Source: Marsupella aquatica (Eukaryota > Plantae > Marchantiophyta). Taken from it: DNA of 64,000 bases. A program made the translations under genes and the position numbers. Positions 22,997 to 35,900 of the stretch are shown here, piece after piece. Below the pieces are notes generated by a model. The model was not told the origin of the DNA, did not search any database, and was given only the letters and a program-made list of their open reading frames with translations. The stretch covers positions 2,677,701 to 2,741,700 of the forward strand of contig OZ316891.1 in assembly GCA_973895155.1 (NCBI GenBank), read 5' to 3'. Every line of letters starts with the position of its first letter. Within the stretch, counting starts at the first letter, position 1.

Positions 22997-25900
22997 ATGG
23001 CAGGGTTTCGCCGAGCAGAGCAGCTTCTTCTGCTCGTGTTCGTAGTCGCTTGCAATGCCGTTCTCGCGGCCGGATCGCTTCGGCCGCTCAGTGAGGCCGA
23101 CAAAGAATCCGCGAAGCAGCTCTTCATTGCGCAACAGGACGGATCGTATGGAAGGTACTTTTCGTTGCCCGCCCCTGCGCATTTCTTGTGAAATTCTAGT
23201 TTTGGCTAGAGTGGATGATGATGACGGAGGGTTTAGGCGAGTTCTTATGCTTGTGAACCAACCGATGATGAAGCAGCTTGAAGGAATCGTACCTAGCCGT
23301 GCGGTCGCTGCAAGCACTCGGCAGTGCGGACTATGATGCAGCTAAAATCGCACAATTCGTTCATGGGTCTCTTACCGCATCGTCCCCCGAAATTAAGGAT
23401 ATTTTCTATGGACTGAGAACTATCGAGCTTCTTCATAGCGGTAGAGAAGGAGCAGCTGTGGGTGCGGTGAGTGGCCTAATCTCGACTGCATCTTGTTCTT
23501 CAAACATCCTCAGAATGCAGAAAAAGTCCCTCCGAATTTGGGATATTTGATTTACCTTGTGGGATCACTCATTTCGACGATTCAAGATAGCTTTTAGGTT
23601 TAAAATTTCTGTAAATACGTTGATCTGGTTTGATTGGAAAACAAGGTTCAGATTGTGAATGTTGTGAAGCTGTAAATTGCAGGCTGTGGCCCCCAAGGTT
23701 CTGGCTTCTATAAATGAGAGCAAGTCTCTCGTGGATCTCTACTTTTCAGTCGGTGCACTGGCAACCATAAAGGTGCTCATTCATACATCCTTTCAAATGC
23801 AAACATAACTGTTTGCAAGGAATGCTATTTCTTGTCTTTGGGTGCCAAGATCTATCCCTAACTTTCGTTGATGGAAGCAGATGTCTCTCTACATTTGCTC
23901 AGGAATTGATATGTCGTAGTCATCGGTAATACATGTGGTGGGGTCGCGTTTAGTTTTGGTCAAGCTCAGTGAATATCACGTCAGATTGACATTACAGCTA
24001 TCTTGAATTCTTTGCGTTCCTGAATATTACAAAAAGCTTGAGTAGTTCATCAAGAAGGATCATGATCATCACCCATGCTCTGAGTTTGTTGCCAAAAGAG
24101 TTTCTTTTCGGTTCAGCTGAGCTTCTGAATCAAATTTTGTCGCGTAGCCTAATGAGGTACCTCTAAAGTTCTAGGCTAATTTTCAGAACTGCAACTAAAT
24201 GGGTAATTATGAACAGAAGCATCATTGGAGTGAGGATGCACATCACAGTTTTGCACCAGCAGTGACAGGCGTTCTTGCACAAATCAAGGTAACACTGTAC
24301 CCTAATCTTTTTTTTGTCAAGTCAAGTCAATTCTGAGCTTAGTTTGGTTAGATTATTCTGACGTCTGTATCTCGCTGAAGTTTATAGAGACTTTTATTCT
24401 TTGCTCTTTGCTCACTGGCCTTCTTCAAGATCATTGGTAGCGATTGATGGGCTATTCGTTTATCTATTGCTCCTTTGTCAGAAGTACATTCCATGGTTTT
24501 AATTTGTGACTCTTTTGAACCTGGGTTCAAATTTGCGCTCCTCTGCAGGCACTCAGTGTCAATGATGGGACATGGCGATATGCTGAAGATGATTCAGAGT
24601 CAAGTGCTAAAGCTGCTGGTATTCCTCCCAATTTTGAGTATTTCTTCGCATATTCTGAACAATAGTACAAGGACACTCCTGAATGTCCTCTTCTATGGCT
24701 ACTGCTCTGCTTTTTGTGTCGACAGTTGATTCGACAATGAGCGTTGGGACGGGGTGACCTTCTAAGAAACTTCTCTTGTTTTATGTAGGATATGCCTTTG
24801 ATATCACTGCGGGAGTCATTGAGATTGCTGGCCTGGAGGGATTCAAGTCAGAGGTTAGTTTTTCACTTTTTTTGAACTTCTGGATACCTGCCAATTGAAG
24901 TTTTGTGAAAGGGGCTATTTGGTCATAGATAGCATATCCGCCCATGGGAGATGGCAACGTGTTTTTGCGCGATTAGGTAGCTGTCTGTCTATCTGAGGAG
25001 TCGGCACAATTTGGACTGTAGACTCGTTGTCCATGTCATTTTTTGACGCGTCTCAGCAAGAAAATTGTTAATAACAAAGGCACGCTCATGTTCTATGACC
25101 TGGAAAGATATTTTAATGATGTACAACATGGCAGTCAGAAATTGTCTATATGCCGGGAGTCCCCATTTACCCTGATTTTTTTTTTAATCTATGATCTTAC
25201 TAGCATCTTGCATGGTTATTGTTCCAGTCTAGTTTGTGAAAGAAGATAAAATGCTTTCTTCCTGCATTTGAGAACTGAAAACATTACATACGATCGAGCT
25301 TCGTGGTCGCAATTCATATTTCTTGCATCGAGGTCTTACAGTTGTATCCCTGTTTGGATAAGCTAGGAAGCTGAGAAGAAGCTGTTATCTCTACTCATCT
25401 TTGTGATTAACTGATATCCAACAGATCCGTTCCGTAAAAGCTGCGGTTGGGAAACTCTTTGACAACATTGAGCTTTACGGTGAGTTCACGGTTCTGGATC
25501 GACCCCATTCTCATCTCTTTTCAATCACACAAGGCCGTTCTCAGCATCGACTAGCAGTCAATGCTGTGTGCGGCCCTGTTCGGTGAATTGGTTTCTAGGT
25601 AAAACTGATGGGGCTCACGCAAAAACTAAATCGGATATGTGAATTTGTTTGCAGAAGATGGAGCTCAATACTTTGACGAAAGCAAAGCAGACAAAGTCTC
25701 AGGGGGTGGAGGGGCACTCGCTGCGTCAGCATTGGTCCTTCGTGGAGTTTCTGCTCTTGCGTGTGTTCTCCCTGATGGGCTCAAGGTAATTTTGAGCAAC
25801 ACTTAGAAAATTTTGTACCAAGCAAGTTTTATGTTGAGGCTAGAGTTTTGTTGAAGTCGGGACAAGTAATTTGTTTCTCCAAATTACAGTTTTTGAATTG

Positions 25901-28900
25901 ACCGTCGGAATATTTGAACAATGAAAGTTTACCAACTCCCAACCCCCTTCTCCGGCCCCGTTCTTCTCTTTTGCGTCCGCTTTCCAAGAAGTGTGCTTTA
26001 ATCACTGAATGTAGGTTACCAGAGACTCAGTGTGCCTTGTCTCACTCCTAATTGCTTGCAGACAATGTCGCTTTTGGGAAAATGTTGAGAAAGGTCAATC
26101 AGTTTGAGCAATGATAGGAGAGACTAAACAAATCAAAATCGGACTTGAATTGTTTTTTGACGCCGCTTGTATATCCACTGCAGGTTAAGGATGAGAAAAT
26201 TTTTGGCCTTGCAAGCTTCTTCTTGAGCATCAGTACAGCTGGCAGTACCACAGAGGCGTATTATCAATTGGATGCCTTGAGCATACTAGAGGACAACAGG
26301 TAGTTCTTTATCCACGAAGTTGAGCCCTGTTTGTGGTTGATTAATGGGCGCATGTATGAGTCTACTTGTTTTATAATAGTTTGTTTGGATGCGAGTACAT
26401 TAGTATGGCAGGAATCAGGAAGACGAGCTCAATGATACGTGCTTAATCTGTTGTTCCCTATTCCAGAGCTCACTTATTCGTTGCTCTAATTATTTCAGAT
26501 TGCTAGTTCCTCTTGCCGTCTACCTGCCAACTTCTGTGCTATCCCAAACATCAAATGACCAGCTAGAGGTATGACTCAACAAGTATTGACAAGGTGGACG
26601 AAATAACTAGGGTCGGATTGAAAGTCCGGGATCCAGTGTCTTGACAATATTTTTGACATTAGCATCGAGGGGGAGGTAGACCAGACCTGTCTTTTAATGA
26701 TTGTAGCTGTAGAAGAGTGGGTTGGTACAAGTTTGAGCAACTTATTGTCAGACAACATGTGAACATGGTTCTAAGAGTAAAATGTCTGCTCCAATCTTTT
26801 CTGATCTATGTCTCAAACAAAAAGCACGGAGCTGTTGGACCGTGTCTTTTTTCATTGTGCTCAGGGTAGATAAATTCTAGAGGAGCAGATAGAAGTCGAG
26901 CAATGGCCATGTGGTGTCCTGTCGATGGGCGAGAAGTAGCATTTGCTTCGATTACGATCTCTTATTTCAAGTGTTGTGGTCGTTTCTTAGGTTGCTGTCT
27001 CAACAGTTCTCGGATCTCCCGCCCCAGAGGTAGTAGTGTGTCTTATCAGTGCAAATAAACCCGGAAATGAAGATTCTCCCATCTTAATTGATCAGGTAAG
27101 GTGGTTTCTTCAAGCATATTCAACCTACTTGTATTTTCGTCCCGTGCGTCAATTTTTTACTTTTTGACAATCTTGGTTCTAGTTAAGAGAATTGTTTGAT
27201 CTGCCTGCTACCTTACCAATCCGCTCAACGAATACAGGAACTGCAGGCAGCTGAGAGTGGTTACAAGTATAGTCTCGACTTCCTGTCCAAGATCACAGAT
27301 CTTGGCAAGTACGATCTGAAATTGGAAGTAAGTCCATGGGAAGCTGCGACTGTGCCATTTGTGGAACATGCAGAGGACGTTTGCAAAAGTTTTATTTTGT
27401 TTTTCAATCATGTTGAAGTGATAGAGAAGATTGGAAAAGAATTCGGTGGTTTCCTAGATAGAAGGTGGAGATGTAGACAAACTACAGTAAACATTGTGTC
27501 TATCCTGTCGTGCAGGTGAAGCCTGTGTCGGCTGAGCTTGCATACAAGTATTCAGCTGGAGGACTTACTGTACCTCACATTGTCGTGACGGGAGTAGTCT
27601 CGGTTTCCAATGTTGAGCTCGCTGTGCTGGACAGTGACACCGGAACCCCTGAATCTGTCAGCTCGTAAGTCTCAGCCTGATGTAGTGAAATAATTTTGCA
27701 TCGCGATAAGAGGGGAAATTGAAGGAAAAAATGTTGATGGCTTGTTTTGTGCAGCACTCACTAAGATTAGACCCCGGTGCAGGTTAAGCTTGTCGAATAA
27801 GGAAACTGCTCAACTCGGTGCGAATCATTTACAAAAATTGCAACTTTCATTTGAGCTTACCTCACCACTAGGAGGTGTATATCGCCCGCAGCAGGTTGGT
27901 GTCGTTTGCGGAGTTCCATCCATCTTCTTTACAATAACTGCAATTTTGAGTCACTGTTGTGTGTAACACTAGATCTTTGTGTATGCACTTCGTACGTTAA
28001 CTGCCGTGTTGTTTTATTGGTCAGGTTTTTTTCAAGTTAAGGCATGAGCGTGGGGTGGAGCATCTTTATCTGGTCAAGGCCTCTGATAAAGTTTTTGAGC
28101 TGAATTTGGTACGACCTCATTTTTATTAGAACAGGAATGTAATGTCAGATTGTCACATCGTAGATATTGAAGTAAGCTGTGCGCAAGTCTGTAATGACTT
28201 GGTCGAAGATTACTACCGGATTTGTAGTCGTGATGGTTTCCTAGTAGGGACAAATTTGGATGATTAAAGCATCGGTTGCTCCTGCAAATTTGGAAAGATG
28301 GCTTTTTAGTGCTGAGAATGCAGCGATTTTGCTTTGCAATGGGTTCTGACGTATGATATAAATCCCAGGCCCTTCTGCATTGTATCTTAATGGGTTGCTC
28401 GTTTTGCAGGATTTTCTCGGGCTCGTGGAAAAGCTTTACTACCTATCTGGGACATATACTTTTGAGCTCATCGTTGGGGACTTAACAATGGTAGGGGCAT
28501 CACAATCACACTCTGATGCTGGACTCCATGTTACGTTTACTGGAACAGATGTTTGTTCTATTTCTTCTTTCGGATGAAAATAGTATATTCTGATTCTTAT
28601 GTTGGAATTATGTCAGACACGCGAAGGGGTTAAGTGAGATCTTTGCCAGAGGATTTGATCATTTGTCGGCCGTTATTGGTGCCTTGTACAGGAAAATTCG
28701 TTCATATGGGACTTGGGCAGTCTTGATCTTGATTTGCCTGATCCTCCAGAAGGCTCAAAGCCTGCACCCATAGTAGCAGATTCCCCAATTTTTCAACCTA
28801 AGGCTGAGATAGCTCATATTTTCCGAGTACCAGAAGCGCGCCCTGGTGCAGAGCTTTCATATACGTTCCTCGTCTTGACACTACTGCCTCTGGTTGGCTT

Positions 28901-29443
28901 CTTTGTTGGGGTAAGCACTATGTTTTTAAGTTATGGCGAGAATATTGTAGCAGTTTGAGACCATTTTTCTGCCTGCCTAGCTTGTAATCTTGGAATGTAT
29001 ACTTGGAATCCACCCAATTATGTGATCTGGTGTTGTTTTTGAGACGTACTTGAATCTGATTCGTTGCTTGCATGTGACTAGCTTTTCTTTATCGGTGCCA
29101 ATGTCAAGTACTTTCCAACTTCCGGGTTCCACCTACTAGCGGCAGTGGGCTTTCATGTCGGCATCGCAGCTATTCTAGCACTCTATTTCCTTTTTTGGCT
29201 TAAGGTTGGTCTTGCTTCCTTCCCGTCTTTTGTACTTACAACAGATTGCTCTCAAAGCATACGATTGCTTGCTGACATAAAAATGCATGTTCAGAAAGTC
29301 CTGACGGTTGTTTCCATGTTTTGCAGTTCAATCTTTTCACTACCTTGAAAGGTCTGGGATTCCTGGGTCTTTTCACCAGCGTAACAGGCCACTACATTTT
29401 GTCATACCTGGCAGATCTTTCTTCCAAGGTTAAAACGGCTTAG
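22997..29443 (+). CDS. RPN2: Ribophorin II / oligosaccharyltransferase subunit 2 (RPN2, HAP6-like), ~698 aa
   Basis: 19 GT-AG exons in frame: 22997-23154, 23277-23466, 23683-23772, 24217-24288, 24549-24618, 24789-24853, 25425-25479, 25655-25785, 26184-26299, 26499-26568, 26991-27095, 27238-27327, 27516-27664, 27783-27894, 28025-28108, 28410-28490, 28692-28910, 29082-29204, 29327-29443 (2097 nt). Signal peptide; motifs LGANHLQKLQLSF, PQQVFFKLRHE, DFLGLVEKLYYLSGTY, PKAEIAHIFRVPE; three C-terminal TM segments; C-terminal KVKTA (KxKxx). Confidence 0.95.
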
Positions 29444-32400
29444 GTCGGGCTATGTGTAGCCCTAAGGTTGTTAGGACACAGATGTCTTGACATTGACCTC
29501 GTTTAGATGTGGTCAAGAATGAGTGTACGACTTTACTGTCAGCGAAATGAGATCACTGAGGCACAGTTTGATGTTTTCTGAGTTTTGGCATGTATTTAGG
29601 ATTGATTACTTCTGCTGCCTCGCGTTTAAAGAAAGGATGGAACAGCTGTGTTCAAGGCGTGCTTGATTACTGTTAACAGTGGATAATAGTTCTGGAGTTG
29701 ATTGATAATTTTGAAAACTCAGGAGGCCAACAAAAATAAAAATGAGCAAATATCTGCATGAAAGGGTGAATTTTATGATGTACGAGTATGAAGATTGCAC
29801 GACATTTGAATGAGAACTAATTGAGCTGATCGATCAATAATTGACTTCAAAAAATTATGTGCCAAGATGAGAATCCAACGAAATGAGTGGAAAGTCAATC
29901 AAGCTAATGGGTAATGATATCTTCACTGTCTCAGTGTAATGAAATTTTGGAACCAAGGAAATAACAAATCTCTCAATAAGAACCCAATCATATAATCGAC
30001 CAACAAAATAAATGTGACCACATCGGACAGGTTTTAATCAGATTGTATCTACTGTCCTAAGATGCATTGTTTGGGATATATTCACTCTCTATGTGTTGGG
30101 TTGGCAGGTCCTTTTGGGGTTTCACTTGGGATTCTCCCCTTATTAGGAATCTCAAACCAGCTGCCTGTTTTTCTTGGTCATCAGTGCAAATTTGTGTCAG
30201 TGAATGATTGACCAAGAAAAAACAACTTTGAGGCAAACCCAGCCCAAATCAGTGCACTTAGCCCAACTTGGTTGGTTCGGACAAACTTAGCTTGACTTGG
30301 CAAACTTAGCCCAAGGGGTGTTTGGTTTGAGTTGGGTCACATCACCCTTCCATGTCACCATGAATTTTTTAGAAGACACCGATGATTCTTGAAGGGCACC
30401 TATCGGTATGCAAGATCCAATTTTTTCTGGAGACCCCACTATAGAGACCACCCAAATTAATGATGGTCGAGATACGGCACATACTTTACCCACAGCTGGA
30501 TTAAGATGCCCTTTTGGGCCTTCTTCATGTAGGATCCAGGAACTTAGTTTTGGTGCTTTTTGGTCTTGGCAGTGTTCTACAAAAAAAAAAACTCCCTACA
30601 TATAAGTAGACTGAAAACTGAAATAGATTGTACAATTTTGGCCGTCCTAAGGACATTCCACAACTCCTTGAATGGCCGTCATTAGTTTTATTCTCAACAA
30701 TCTTCTAGTCTAGAAATCTACTAGGTACAGGGTCCCAAAGACTAATTTTTGGAATTCTTAAGAATCTGCAAAATGGAAGTGAAGGACAGTTTCATTCAGA
30801 TATATTAGCTTTTTAAAAGCACAAAACTGGAAATGGAAAATCCCGGATGGCCTGAGGGGTTTGATGTGAAGCCTGGATGGATTTTCCTAAGCTCTAATGG
30901 ACTGGCGCAGAATATGTATAAAAAACTTTTGTAGCATCTTTTACAGTCGTGAATAAAATGTGACCTGTAAACTGGCTCCTTATTGTTTGCAGTCGGTTGC
31001 AATTAGTTTACCCTGTGGAAGCCACTACTCATGGTTCACCCATACATTGTGCAAAAAGCTCTATATGTTTTCATTTAAAATTATAGCTCAATACGGTAAG
31101 TCAGTTCTCTAGGCCTCAATGATTAATTGCTGTTTCACATAAAACTCTTAGAATATTACTTTAATATGCATTGCAATTTTTTTCCAAGTTCCACAAACAC
31201 TACCTAAAATATTTTCCCAGATATTCAACTTTTCAGCAAATGATTATTTTTGCACTAACCTGATTGTCCCAACTGTGATGTCGTTTCTAATGTCCACCAA
31301 ACTGTGGCAAGTCCATGCCACTAGCTTCACATTCATAACATCTTCCTGCAAAGACATTTATGCTTGGGGGTTGTTCTATTCAAATAGAAAGCCTTGGGCA
31401 ATATCGAGTTTGGCCCCACTGAGATTGGAACTCTGCAAAACAGCATATTGTGTGAATTTTTACAGGGGCTAGTGTTCGAGTTCAAGCTTTCTAAGTGTAC
31501 AATGTCGACAGATTCCTGCACGGTTTGCTCCAAAGACAAAGTCTGGATAAGATGGACAAGGAAATAAAGTGCACACCAGGTGGAGAAGCCTTCCAAATTA
31601 CTATTCTTGTAACTAGAAATGCCTGTGAGCGTATTGTCCCATTGTGGCTTATTACTAATGTAACTCATTAATTTTTCCAGGATAAAGCTAACCCTAAACC
31701 CTAAACTTGTTAGGCTAGTGATTAAGATAGTGCGATTATGTCATCCAAAAATGATTGTTTCAGAATTAATTGTCCTCTTACAATGATTCGAATAATTCAG
31801 CGTGCTTATGATTTTTCCTCGTTTCTCTGAAATGCACAGAATAAATAATGAACTGCTGAGACATTAATTTGAAGTAAATTTTGCAGTGTACTTGCGCTTA
31901 TCCTAATGGCCTGGCAGTGGACTCTCAGTAGTCCAGTAGCGACAAAAACCACGAAACATTTAAATGGATTTGAAAGTTTTCATCAAAGATAATCCTTTAT
32001 ATCAATTTGCAGTACACCCAAGGTCATCAAATTAATTGCAATGCTGTACCGACCCCATAATAAAGAATCCTGACAACGGTTTAAGAGAGATTACCACACG
32101 CAGTTTTAGATGTACTGTGTCTTCAAGTGTTCAACGTTAATTTTCTAATTCCAAAGGATAATATTTATATTCTCGATATTCTTCAGAAGGTTTGCATTTA
32201 AATGACTTTTTTGTGGGTTTGAGTTGTGTTGTAGCACAAGTTAGAGCTTGGATGGAGTAGTCATTCTAGATGTGAAAGAGGAGATCTTAATATGTGTGGG
32301 TCCACTTTTAATGCAAATGACTTAAAATAGGAATGGACCAAGGGGTCAGAAAAAGAGACCTCTCACAGAGGTGGTCTAGAAAAATCTAGGACAAAAGAGT

Positions 32401-32999
32401 GAACCACATAAGCAAAAATTGGGCCCCACCCAATTCCATGTAGGATCGATAACAGGTTAGGTTGAAAGTGCCCCCCACATTTTGTAAAGTGAACAGCAGC
32501 AGTTCTCCCCAATGGATGGCCCTGATCAGATCCAGAGACCACACAAGTGGAAACTACCCCCAATGTCTTGTAAAGCCACCCTTATACCCACTTTGGGGAT
32601 TCTCGGGATTTTTGTCTCTTTGACTTTTACTGGAGCTTCCCTTGTTTTCCCCACTTAATTGGGTTTCTGCCTTAGGGATCCTTTTTGGTCTTCTTGGGTT
32701 TGAATTTGTTTTCCTCACTTCATCAGGTCTCTTGCCTTTGGAATGCTACCTCCCAAAGGCAGACAGTGTATTGCACTTGATGCTGTTCACTTTATGATGT
32801 CCAGTTGGTAGGCAAACTTGCCTCAAAATCCAATTGCCTGGCTATTTCACTTATGTTCAATAACACTTCCATTCAACATTACTTACTATTGACAGTATTG
32901 TGCACTTCCACTCAACATTACATACTATTGTGCAGCACATGGACATTGGACTGGTATAAGGACTAGTAAACAATAATGTACATAGCTGGGATAATAGAG

Positions 33000-35900
33000 A
33001 GAACAACACTAGCAAGTGGGGAGGAATTCCAAACTGAGCCAGTAGCCAAAGAGCAGTCATAGAAGAAATTAGTTCAGTCTTCATGTAACCAAATGACTCT
33101 ATTCATGGGCTTGGTAGATTGTAACTTCATTGGGGGCATAACTTGTGGGGCCAAACTCACATATTGGTGAATCGTGTATGTTGTGGGAGCGAGGTCTATA
33201 TTCAGCATAGCACAAGCAGGGCCGTCAGAATAAGTGTTCTGAACCAGTCACTCAATGATCTCATGAAAGATGCTAGCCATTAATTTTAACTACATGTGGA
33301 AGCAAATGGGGAAGATATCTAGAGGTCAATCATTCTGAAACAGCTCATATATACTTTTGGTTTATGAAAGGCATTGTGTCCATTTGTTCATACTTCATAG
33401 GGCCAGTTCCACAATCAGATGATTGACTTTATCTCCGTGTGCTCACCAAAGAACTGGCAGTGTACTAGTGTAGACAGATTTGCAACAAGTCACTGCTTCG
33501 CCAATAAATTCCTCGGTACAAAAGTACTGTTTGTACTGTGCTTTCCAAATCCTATCCAGCAGTGACATTCATCGATGCCTTACAAAACAATTCATTCTAT
33601 TCATCTATTGTATGATTTTCCTTCCTGTGTGTACCCTCATAATATCACCATAAATTCTTCACCTGTAAAAGCGGCTTTGGAAGAGCAAAAGGTTAGCTTT
33701 TAGAGAAAAAGTAGAGGTTGGGAATAGTAATATGGACCATCTTGATTGCTGTCAGAAAACACTTGTATTTTTAGATGTCCTTGGCATTAGTTTGGAGAAA
33801 TGCGCTTGGTGGGTCCTTGAGAGTGAAAAACATCCTTGGTGGGGTCACACTTTTGGAGTTTTTACTTGGTGGATCTTCAGTTGACTATACAATATAATAA
33901 TCGATAGTTTCTCTGTGCAATCAATGGAGACCAACTTCATGCATGCTTCGAGTAAGCAGATCGTCCTTTTTGTTGTTCTATCTCCACTAGTCTAGAGCAC
34001 AAACATGAAGGACAATAGGAACTTGTTAGCCGCAACCGTAGTCCTACTGGAACCCAAAGCCCGCCATGAAGAGTAGTTAGGGCGGAAAAAACATGGGTGA
34101 GGGTGAAAATTTACAGAGTTATCAAAAACAATATTGATTTAAATTTAAAGTTATTTCCTATTGGATGTAGCTTGAGTGGTTTCCTCCTTGTTCAAGATTC
34201 TGGCTGGGAGCCATTAGGTCTGTGGTAAAAACCCACATAGAAGACATCTGAATTTTGGGCAGCCAGCTGTTCTTTCTGAATTTTTTCCTTTGTATGTGTG
34301 TACAAGGTTATGAGACATTACCCCTGGGTAAAGTCAGTGAACCCTTGGGCCAGCCTGGCCTGGGGATTATGAAATTTGAATGAGAAATAGAATAAAGTCC
34401 TGATCAGACTTTCCTATGTAAAACTGAACTAAATGCTGTGTAAAGGTTCACTGTTCACTCAGGCTTTACTCTCCATAACTCATGCCCACTTGGGGTTTTC
34501 CTATGTAAAACTGAACTAAATGCTAAATGCTGTGTAAAGGTTCACTGTTCACTCAGGCTTTACTCTCCATAACTCATGCCCACTTGGGGTTTTCCTATGT
34601 AAAACTGAACTAAATGCTCTGGAAAAGTTCACTCAGGCTTTAGGCTCCATAACTCATGCCCACTTGGGAATAATGTCTGTAACCCCGGGCTCAGAGCCAT
34701 CTAGGATTACAACTCATAATACCCCCTCTTGGGGTTACCCATCCCCCAAGAAACATTTGTATTATATTTGGGCACTATGAAGCAAATAAGTTACCCTATT
34801 TAGAGTGGGAAACCGTGAGGAGAACCCTATTCCCGCTACCGGTTACATATATAGCAGGTGGAGATGAAGGGGACAGAAACTTGTGGTGGAGCAACATTTG
34901 CTACAGAAGATATATCCCAATCAAAGAAACAATCACATGTGATGCCACACAAAAGAATTACAAGATCTTCGCTTATATTCATTGTGTAGCACATAGTTTC
35001 CATATCAAACTTGCCTTCTGTCCATGACCACTCAGGCCGAGTGGTCTCAACTCTCAAGCTCCCATTGCTTCAAGAAAAGCTCAATGTTTGAACTCCGCAT
35101 TGCAACAATCCTTCCGGACCCCTCAAAACTGTGCCCGCAAAGCCTGTCTTCACCTCCCCGAATGATCAAGGAAAAACTCTCCAGCTGCTGCAATCATGCA
35201 CCCAAGATCGCTGCAGAGTTGCTCCAGCGCTGCGGGTTGATGCAATCCTTCAGAACAAACTTGGGTACATGCAGAGTCGCTACAAACTACGAGGTGCGGC
35301 CAAAATCCTTCAGAAGAAATGCAAATGGTGACAGGAGTTTAGGGTTTGGGGGAAAGTGTCGCAACAGGATTCATGTAGAAAAATTCGAGTTCATTCTGTG
35401 GACCATGTATTGGTTGAGGATCACTTTGCAACGGGGTTGCTGCAGCAGTCCCACGAGTAGACCGTAAACGCCAAGGGGCTCCACAGGGTGCTAAGGACAA
35501 GCCCAGAACCTTTTCAAAGCTTGAGCCGGAAAGGTTTGTTTTTTCCCGCAGGACCCCATCAAGTCTTTCATTGCTTTCAATCCTTCTCGTCCCAAGTCAA
35601 TATACACTTATCAGATTCATTACTGCAAAATCAAGCTGCTGGTAATAAGTGCATTTAGTCAGGAGGTGTTAATAACTTGTCTTTACACGAGTATTACATG
35701 GACACACATTTACTGAGATCCTAATGGTGTGTGGTCATTAGTGTCACAGCTTGATTTCTTACAGACTAATGAACACGAGCACTGCATGCGTAAACATTTA
35801 GTGTGTTACTGATGGCTGTACTTCAGCATACGTGGATCGATTTCAAATTATTCCTGCACCAACCTGCCATCTTCAAAAGGAGTTGGGAAGTTGGGGACTT

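Noticed and set aside
24619-24788. RPN2 intron starting GTATTCCT considered as U12-type
   Set aside because: Does not match GTATCCTT and has no TCCTTAAC branch site.
31689-31706. AACCCTAAACCCTAAAC telomere-like repeat
   Set aside because: Only about two units; common by chance or as a telo-box, not a telomere remnant.
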